From a virus: a stretch of DNA of 64,000 bases. The notes under the pieces were generated by a model, which saw nothing but the letters and a program-made list of their open reading frames with translations, made no database searches and was not told the origin of the DNA. Below, one piece after another: positions 57,184-64,000 of this stretch (position 1 is the stretch's first letter; each line of letters starts with the position of its first letter). A program made the position numbers and the translations under genes. The stretch lies in IMG/VR virus record IMGVR_UViG_3300009149_000025, positions 5,825 through 69,824 of that record; one strand, given 5' to 3'.

Positions 57184-57980
57184 AAATAGATAAAGAAACA
57201 TCTTATATGATTGGTTTTTTCCAAACTGATGGAAATTTATATCAACAGAAAAATACTAAATATGATAAAGGAAAGGCATCTATAGAAATATCTGAAAAAG
57301 ATATAGATATATTAGAAAAATTGAGTAATATAATACCATATTATTCAAGTATTAGAAAAAGGAATAGGGATATTATAATGAAAGGTAAAAATTACAATTT
57401 TAATAGTGTAAATTTAACTATTTGTAATAAAGAATTTAGAAAATTTCTAAATGAAAATGGTGTTCCTTATGGTAAAAAATCAAAGATTATTAAACCACCA
57501 CATAATATAATAAGAGAAGATTATATAAGGGGACTTATAGATGGGGATGGTTCATTGGGATTTATTAAAAATGGAAATCCATTTGTTACATTTGTTTCGG
57601 AAAGTGATGATGTTATTGGTTATTTATTAGATTATATTTCCGATATAACTGGAAACGAAAAGAAAACTATGAATAGAAACAATAGGGATGGTATATACAA
57701 TGTTATGATAAAAAACGAAGATGCAATGGTGTTTTGTGATAATATTTATTATAATAATTGTTTATCTTTGGATAGAAAATATAAAATATCACAGGATATT
57801 AAAAAATGGAAAAGACCTGAAGGTGAATTCAAAGTCACTTGGCAACGAAGAAGATGGACGGATGGTGATGATGATTTTATATTAAATCATGATATTTATG
57901 AATCGATGGAAAAATTAGATAGAACTGAAAAAAGTATTAAAATGAGATTAATTAGATTAGAAAATAATCATAAGTATTAA
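57180..57980 (+). CDS. LAGLIDADG homing endonuclease (double motif)
   Basis: YMIGFFQTDG and YIRGLIDGDG. Confidence 0.9.
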   Translation: MKIDKETSYMIGFFQTDGNLYQQKNTKYDKGKASIEISEKDIDILEKLSNIIPYYSSIRKRNRDIIMKGKNYNFNSVNLTICNKEFRKFLNENGVPYGKKSKIIKPPHNIIREDYIRGLIDGDGSLGFIKNGNPFVTFVSESDDVIGYLLDYISDITGNEKKTMNRNNRDGIYNVMIKNEDAMVFCDNIYYNNCLSLDRKYKISQDIKKWKRPEGEFKVTWQRRRWTDGDDDFILNHDIYESMEKLDRTEKSIKMRLIRLENNHKY

Positions 57981-57989
57981 AAAATTTTG

Positions 57990-57997
57990 TATCTTTG
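57990..57997 (+). promoter_or_regulatory. Bacteroidota-type -7 promoter element
   Basis: TATCTTTG upstream of rtcB. Confidence 0.6.
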
Positions 57998-58023
57998 TAA
58001 AAAATTAGTAAAGAATAGAAATT

Positions 58024-59439
58024 ATGTTAGAAATAAAAGGAAAATATACAGACGCACTAATCACAATTGATGATATCGAAGAATCATGTTTACGTCAAGT
58101 TTACGCTATGGCTAATCATGTTGCTTTTGATGGTAAAATTGTTATGATGCCAGATTGCCATGCTGGAAAATCAGCTCCAGTTGGATTTTCAATGCCTTTG
58201 GGTGAAAAGGTTCTACCCAACTCGATCTCTGTGGATATTGGATGTGGAGTCTTATCTGTTAATGTAGGTGATCAAATATCATTAAACAAAGATAAATTAT
58301 TGAAAATCGATGGATATATAAGGGATGTTGTTCCAATGGGAAATAAAATTCATCAAAGAAGTTCAATTCCTTCAAAATATTTTGAGAAGAATTTTCAATT
58401 TGACGAAGTAACAGAAGTTGCTAGAAAATTCATTATGAAATATAATAAGAAATTTAATACAAATTTCGATTATGTTAGATATTCATATGAATGGTTTTTA
58501 AATAAACAAAAAGAAATTGGAATGAAGCAAGATGCTGAATTAGCTATTGGTACACTCGGTGGAGGTAATCATTATTGGGAAGTCGGGGTATCAGATAGTT
58601 GTGGTGATGTGTGGATTACTGTTCATTCAGGATCAAGAAATTTTGGAAAAATGATTTGTGAATTTCACCAAAATAACGCTAAAAAAATATTAGACAACAA
58701 AAGAAAAATTTCTTTAACTGAAAAAATTAAAGAAATTAAGGATAAGTTTCCTGGTAGAGATATTCCAGTTGAAATTAAAAAAATAAAAAAGGATTTAGGT
58801 CTGGATTTTGATTTTAATATCAATGGTATGGAGTTTTTAGAAGGACAGGATGCTATTAACTATTTTATGGATATGATTTTTGCACAGAAATATGCGGATT
58901 TCAATAGAACTAGAATGATAGAACTTGTTGTTAATAAATTGAATATTAAAATTTTGGATTCAATTCATTCAATTCACAATTTTATCAATTTCGAAGATAT
59001 GATTATTCGTAAGGGTGCTATTTCTTCATATGTTGGTGAAAGAATGGTTATACCATTAAATATGGCTGATGGTATGTTGATTTGTGAAGGTAAAAGTAAT
59101 CCAGAATGGAATCATTCAAGCCCACACGGTGCAGGTAGAATTATGTCGAGAGGTGAAGCATCTAGAAAAATTGATTTGAAAGATTTTAAGGCTAAAATGA
59201 AGGGTATAGTATCAACAAGTGTTTGTAAAGCGACTCTTGATGAATCCCCTCAATCATATAAGAATAGTGATATGATAGAAGCTGCAATCGAACCAACAGC
59301 TTTGATTTTGGATAGAGTTAAACCTATCTTGAATTTAAAAGATAAAGGTGATTCTATGACTTGGAAAGAAAAGAGAATGAAAATGAAGAAGGAAAGAAAG
59401 AACGATAGAAAGCAAGTCAGAAAAATGAAAGGTTTATAA
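58024..59439 (+). CDS. rtcB: RtcB RNA ligase
   Basis: MPDCH, VDIGCG, GTLGGGNH, VHSGSR, HN, RKGA, HGAGR, DESPQSYK. Confidence 0.95.
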   Translation: MLEIKGKYTDALITIDDIEESCLRQVYAMANHVAFDGKIVMMPDCHAGKSAPVGFSMPLGEKVLPNSISVDIGCGVLSVNVGDQISLNKDKLLKIDGYIRDVVPMGNKIHQRSSIPSKYFEKNFQFDEVTEVARKFIMKYNKKFNTNFDYVRYSYEWFLNKQKEIGMKQDAELAIGTLGGGNHYWEVGVSDSCGDVWITVHSGSRNFGKMICEFHQNNAKKILDNKRKISLTEKIKEIKDKFPGRDIPVEIKKIKKDLGLDFDFNINGMEFLEGQDAINYFMDMIFAQKYADFNRTRMIELVVNKLNIKILDSIHSIHNFINFEDMIIRKGAISSYVGERMVIPLNMADGMLICEGKSNPEWNHSSPHGAGRIMSRGEASRKIDLKDFKAKMKGIVSTSVCKATLDESPQSYKNSDMIEAAIEPTALILDRVKPILNLKDKGDSMTWKEKRMKMKKERKNDRKQVRKMKGL

Positions 59440-59452
59440 CCTTTCATTTTTT
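59422..59452 (+). terminator. intrinsic terminator overlapping the rtcB stop
   Basis: AAAATGAAAGGTT-TAT-AACCTTTCATTTT. Confidence 0.7.
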
Positions 59453-59533
59453 ATTTATTTATATATTTTGTAAAATTTGTTAATTTTTTTTGTTATCTTT
59501 GTGAATAATTAATAAATCTATAAAACTATAAAT

Positions 59534-59764
59534 ATGAGAATGACAAAAAAGAATTTTGAAATTGAATTATTTAAACATTTCCGTGCAGCTACAAACAATG
59601 GGGAAAATATTGGTAAAGAAATTGTTAAGGAAAGAATAGCTAAAAACGACAAACTTGTTTATGTTACTATAACTGTATACTACCTTAATGACTTACATGT
59701 TGCAACATGGAGTAATGGTAAAGGTCATATCTTTGATGAATCATTAATAAAGTTGTTAAATTAA
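59534..59764 (+). CDS. hypothetical protein
   Basis: 76 aa; TATCTTTG at 59494-59501 upstream. Confidence 0.55.
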   Translation: MRMTKKNFEIELFKHFRAATNNGENIGKEIVKERIAKNDKLVYVTITVYYLNDLHVATWSNGKGHIFDESLIKLLN

Positions 59765-59770
59765 AAAACC

Positions 59771-60109
59771 ATGATTAAAGAAGGAGAATGGGAAGAAGTC
59801 GAAGTTAATGATGAAGATGGTGATGTCTTTGAAGTAGAACTATCTAAACATAAGTCTGTATTTAATTGGATAATGGGTAATTCTTGTGAAAAAAAGGTTA
59901 TTTATTACCAATTTAGGAAGTTTGTTGCATTTAAATATATTCCAAGATTTGGGAAGAAATATCAATATGTTGTTGAATTATTCGATGAAGATGGAAATAG
60001 TGTGTATAAATATAATAGGAAATATAGGTATCAAGGTGATACATTTACAGATTTTTCACTTAAAAGTAGAATTAATAATATGATAAGATATGGACATATT
60101 AGACGATAA
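59771..60109 (+). CDS. hypothetical protein
   Basis: 112 aa; acidic Trp-containing N-terminus. Confidence 0.55.
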   Translation: MIKEGEWEEVEVNDEDGDVFEVELSKHKSVFNWIMGNSCEKKVIYYQFRKFVAFKYIPRFGKKYQYVVELFDEDGNSVYKYNRKYRYQGDTFTDFSLKSRINNMIRYGHIRR

Positions 60110-60428
60110 AAATTGGGATTTTGAAGAAATCGAAGAAGTTGATATTTTTGATGTAGATGAACGCATAGTTTATTCTCCTCTTTATGATTTGCCATTAATT
60201 GGGACTTTGATAGGTAGTAAATGTTATGTCAAGTATATTGATTATAATGGTAATGATTTTTCGGTTCATTTTTTCCCATTTGGTAAATTTCTTAAAAAAC
60301 CATACATGGTTATATATGACACCAATGGTGATATTATATATCACATAAAAACATATGAATCTTTTAGAATATATAGTCAATATTTTCCCAATGATAAGTT
60401 AAAAGAAATTATAGATGAAAGATGTTGA
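60090..60428 (+). CDS. hypothetical protein
   Basis: 112 aa; NWDFEEIEEVD; weak similarity to the preceding ORF. Confidence 0.55.
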   Translation: MDILDDKNWDFEEIEEVDIFDVDERIVYSPLYDLPLIGTLIGSKCYVKYIDYNGNDFSVHFFPFGKFLKKPYMVIYDTNGDIIYHIKTYESFRIYSQYFPNDKLKEIIDERC

Positions 60429-60494
60429 TATTAACTTTTTATAAACATTTGTTATATTTATATATATTAAAATAAAACAAATAAAGGTAGGAAT

Positions 60495-61247
60495 TTGAAA
60501 AAATTGTTAGATTACTATAAATATTCATTAAATGAATTATTGTATAATACTATGAACCCTAATCAAACTGTTCATAAGATAACTACGGATATTTATAATA
60601 TAAATAATGGTGAAATATTTGATAATAATTTTAATTTGTATTTCGAAGGTAGGTTGATGATAATAGAATTGAAGAATAATTATAATATAAATGATATTTA
60701 TTCTATTTTAACTTCAATATATTCAACTGGTTATTTCATATCACAATATTATTGTGATAAAAACAACATTAAAAATTATTTGATTAAATCTGAAGATGGT
60801 TTTATTAAGGAATTTAACAATGGTGGTATATTAAAAATAAAATTTATATGTGAGCCAAAAACTGATAATACAGTAAAGGAATTACCTGATAAAATATATC
60901 ATATAACATCGAAAGAATATACCGATTTCATTTTAAAAAATGGAATATTACCTAAAAGTGGTAAAAAGAAAGGATTTCATCCACATAGGATATTCTTTAT
61001 ATTGTCATTAGATGATGTGAATGATATGAAAAATTCTATTCATTTTCAAAACATGATAATAAAACATAAAATGGATAATAAGAAATTAGAATATGATGTT
61101 TTAGAAATTGACACAAAGAATTTAAAGTCAAAGGGGTTTAATGGTGATGTATATGATATTGTTTTTTATGATGATGATAATTCAAATGGTATATATACAA
61201 ATGATTTAATACCAAAAGAAAAAATTAAAAAAGTAAATGGATTTTAA
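60495..61247 (+). CDS. ART-fold (Tpt1/KptA-like) protein
   Basis: IYHIT...ILKNGILPKS...HPHRIFF...GIYTNDLIPKEKI. Confidence 0.6.
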   Translation: MKKLLDYYKYSLNELLYNTMNPNQTVHKITTDIYNINNGEIFDNNFNLYFEGRLMIIELKNNYNINDIYSILTSIYSTGYFISQYYCDKNNIKNYLIKSEDGFIKEFNNGGILKIKFICEPKTDNTVKELPDKIYHITSKEYTDFILKNGILPKSGKKKGFHPHRIFFILSLDDVNDMKNSIHFQNMIIKHKMDNKKLEYDVLEIDTKNLKSKGFNGDVYDIVFYDDDNSNGIYTNDLIPKEKIKKVNGF

Positions 61248-62235
61248 TAAAGATTACTATAGTGTATTGGGTGTTGATAAAAACACATCTCAAGAAGAAA
61301 TAAAGAAAACATTCAGGAAGAAAGCTACTAAGGTACACCCAGATAAGCATGGTGGTGATGATACTGAATTTAAAGAATTAAATGAAGCTTATCAAATAAT
61401 TGGTGACGAAGGGAAAAGAAGTCAATATGATGTTCAGAGTCCTCATGGTCAAAATTATAATCCTATGGGTGGTGGATTTAAAAGTATTTTTGATATATTT
61501 GGGAGTGGGAGTCCATTTGGAGACGGTGGAAGCCCATTTGATTCATTTTTTCATAGAAGGAGTGAATTTGTTGAAAATTTAGATGTAGGATTATCTGTTG
61601 ATGTTACATTAGAAGATGTTTATAACAACACAGATAAAAGGGTTAAATATACAAGAAATGTTACTTGTGATTTATGTAGAGGTAGTGGATTTGATCCAGA
61701 TAGTGAATCAAATGATTGTCTTGTGTGTGATGGGACAGGTAAGGAATGGAATCCAGCAACTGGACACGTTAATTGTAAGTATTGTCAAGGTAGGGGTAAA
61801 ATTAATACTGGCACTTGTAAGAAGTGTAATGGTGAAAAAATTATTCAAAAAGAAGAAGAATTCAGATTAAATAATGTTTATAGAATAACGGGAAGTGATA
61901 ATAAATATCTAAGAGGATATGGTCATCAATCTAAGTATTATTTAAATAAAAGAGGAAATTTAGTACTCACTATAAATTATATTCATAGTGACATATATTT
62001 GAGAAAACCTGATGGATTATATTATAAGATGAATTTACACTTTCAAGAAGCAATTGATGGTAAATCTTTTGAATATAATCATTTAGATGATAAAAAGTAT
62101 AATTTAAAAATTCCACCAAGAACAAAAGACGGTGATGTATTAAGGATGCCAAATAAAGGATTATTGGTGGATGGTACTAATCGTCAAAATTTTTATTTAT
62201 TATTGAATATAATTATAGATTACGATAAAGTATGA
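61237..62235 (+). CDS. dnaJ: DnaJ chaperone
   Basis: KDYYSVLGV, HPD, four CxxCxGxG-type repeats, C-terminal domain. Confidence 0.92.
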   Translation: MDFNKDYYSVLGVDKNTSQEEIKKTFRKKATKVHPDKHGGDDTEFKELNEAYQIIGDEGKRSQYDVQSPHGQNYNPMGGGFKSIFDIFGSGSPFGDGGSPFDSFFHRRSEFVENLDVGLSVDVTLEDVYNNTDKRVKYTRNVTCDLCRGSGFDPDSESNDCLVCDGTGKEWNPATGHVNCKYCQGRGKINTGTCKKCNGEKIIQKEEEFRLNNVYRITGSDNKYLRGYGHQSKYYLNKRGNLVLTINYIHSDIYLRKPDGLYYKMNLHFQEAIDGKSFEYNHLDDKKYNLKIPPRTKDGDVLRMPNKGLLVDGTNRQNFYLLLNIIIDYDKV

Positions 62236-62774
62236 AAAGATTTTTAGAAAGATTAAATATAGATTTTGGAAAATTTAATTTAACAGATGAAGATTTTAAA
62301 ATAGATTCTGATATTCATGGAATTGGTCACGTATATAGGGTAATGTTTAATACGTTATTACTTGGTAATCAATTAGATGATGTTAAAAATACTAAAAATT
62401 CATTTTATGCTGCGTTTATTCATGATTTATCTAGACGACATGATGGACATTGTGAATTACATGGTGGTTTTTCAGTTGATGAAAATTTTGATAAATATAA
62501 ACATTTATTTGTTGATGGGAATTTTGATGATATAAAAATGGCTTGTATACGACATTCTTTGTCCAATGAACTACCAAAAGAACATAAAAGTTACAAATCC
62601 ACTGCTATATTAAAAGACGCAGATGCATTGGATAGAGTTAGATTATCAGAGTTAGATATAAAGTTTTTAAGATTCAAAGAATCACATGATTTAATAAAAA
62701 TATCCGAAGATTTATTTTTTAATTACAAAAATTATGATTCTTTTGAAGATTTTTTATACAATAATTTAGATTAA
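62232..62774 (+). CDS. HD-domain phosphohydrolase
   Basis: HGIGHVYRV, FIHD, HG, LKDADALDRVR. Confidence 0.8.
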   Translation: MKRFLERLNIDFGKFNLTDEDFKIDSDIHGIGHVYRVMFNTLLLGNQLDDVKNTKNSFYAAFIHDLSRRHDGHCELHGGFSVDENFDKYKHLFVDGNFDDIKMACIRHSLSNELPKEHKSYKSTAILKDADALDRVRLSELDIKFLRFKESHDLIKISEDLFFNYKNYDSFEDFLYNNLD

Positions 62775-62813
62775 TTCAAATAATTTTCTTATTTTTACAT
62801 AAAATTATAAATT

Positions 62814-63626
62814 ATGGATAACAGATTATTTTGGGTATTATTAATTATATTTCTTCCACAAATAGTAATTATATTGGATTACCTTTTAAAATCTCTTTAT
62901 ATTGGTTATTGGGATTTTGTTTATAGTAGTAGATTGGATATTTTTATTGAAAATTTGGGAACAAAAAAGACAATAATAAGGAGAAGAACAATAGATGGGT
63001 TTTATATAATAAGTACTTATACTATGTTTTCAGATAGACCTTATGAATTTGTTGGTGATATGAAGGGGAATATTTCAGTTTTTGGTGCTAGAACAAGAGT
63101 GGTTAAGCCATTTATTGGTGATGGGATAATTGCTCCTTGTGATATGAAAATTTTAGAACGTGATAAAGACAAGTATGTTAAATTGATAAATAGTCATGTT
63201 GATGATAGTTATGGACAATATAGTAGATTACCTATTATGGGACCATTAAGATTAGCTCCAAAATGTGATATCAAGAAAATGGGTGCAGATTCATTTAGTA
63301 TTAGACAATATAACCCAACAATCCAAGATGAACTTGATAAAATTCTTGTGAATGGAATAGAACAAAAAGAATTTGTTATAGATAAAAATGATCCTGATAT
63401 AAATAAACAAATAAGGATGTTAGGAATTAAAACTTTTAATAGAAGAAAGAAAAATGGTGAACCAGATTTAGAAAAAATGATAAGAATTGGTTATTTTATA
63501 TCATTATGTGTAAAAAAACAATTGAAAACAGAATCAGAAGTTAATAAATTAATTACAGAAATGATTTATAATTTGGTTTATGGTTATGAAGATGAATTGG
63601 ATGAAAAATATAGTTTAATAGGGTAA
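62814..63626 (+). CDS. membrane-anchored hypothetical protein
   Basis: N-terminal TM; 270 aa. Confidence 0.55.
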   Translation: MDNRLFWVLLIIFLPQIVIILDYLLKSLYIGYWDFVYSSRLDIFIENLGTKKTIIRRRTIDGFYIISTYTMFSDRPYEFVGDMKGNISVFGARTRVVKPFIGDGIIAPCDMKILERDKDKYVKLINSHVDDSYGQYSRLPIMGPLRLAPKCDIKKMGADSFSIRQYNPTIQDELDKILVNGIEQKEFVIDKNDPDINKQIRMLGIKTFNRRKKNGEPDLEKMIRIGYFISLCVKKQLKTESEVNKLITEMIYNLVYGYEDELDEKYSLIG

Positions 63627-63956
63627 TTATTTAAATTTCTCAAAGATAATTTTATATACAACTTCTTTTGATGATGGGATTTGGTCGTCATAAGCCAATT
63701 CTACATAATATTCTCTTTTATCCATAGCACCATCTGATAAATCTAATTGTAGTACTTCACTTGGATCTACGTATTTATAATCCATATCAGATATTTGAAA
63801 TTTAATAAAATATTCACCATCTTCTTCAAAGAAAGAATGTTTTTTAACTTTTTCATACATACTTCTTGCAATAATAAGTGCAGATTTAGACACTCCGTCT
63901 GGTAATCCAGTTGGAGTATCAGCTGATTCTAAAAATAGATTATAATTTTTTAACAT
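63627..63956 (-). CDS. hypothetical protein with capsid-targeting-like leader
   Basis: MLKNYNLFLES; upstream TTTAATATATA. Confidence 0.6.
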   Translation of the reverse strand: MLKNYNLFLESADTPTGLPDGVSKSALIIARSMYEKVKKHSFFEEDGEYFIKFQISDMDYKYVDPSEVLQLDLSDGAMDKREYYVELAYDDQIPSSKEVVYKIIFEKFK

Positions 63957-64000
63957 TTTTTCATTCTTTTTGTATTTCTATATATTAAAATTAATCTTCC

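Noticed and set aside
1-64000. Genome-wide stop-codon reassignment (code 15, 4 or 25)
   Set aside because: Coding density is high under code 11, long genes such as terL, rtcB and the 1136-aa ORF are unbroken, and TAG and TGA end ordinary genes (32483, 51462, dut at 20496, several ATGA overlaps). Only three internal stops were seen.

Overview
This AT-rich, gene-dense window has frequent strand switches and looks like part of a jumbo or huge T4-like tailed phage genome. Markers include a T4 gp17-type large terminase, a gp25-like baseplate protein, a tape-measure-like protein, a holin-like gene next to a LysM-CHAP lysin, and five free-standing homing endonucleases plus one remnant. TAnnTTTG promoters, A-rich leaders without Shine-Dalgarno sites, and Hc1 histone-like and DUF6576-like proteins suggest a Bacteroidota host (inference). 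Auxiliary genes include dUTPase, IF3, an AsnRS-like catalytic domain, a PurA-like enzyme, RtcB, CspA, DnaJ, Nudix/HD/HAD hydrolases and glycosyltransferases. Main observations: (1) an RF1-like release factor gene broken by in-frame TAG and TAA, in a unit headed by an 8-codon leader ORF whose stop codon lies inside a hairpin covering the next start region, about 3 kb from rtcB; (2) a recurring cassette of tiny ribbon-helix-helix genes coupled to unrelated endonucleases; (3) adjacent miniature portal and major-capsid paralogs; (4) about 20 unrelated proteins sharing a leader like the T4 capsid-targeting sequence; (5) a virion protein split by one in-frame TGA and carrying 19 (S/T)-G-x-T motifs. 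I saw no tRNA, rRNA or CRISPR array. All family calls come from motif recognition by eye; no database searches were run.
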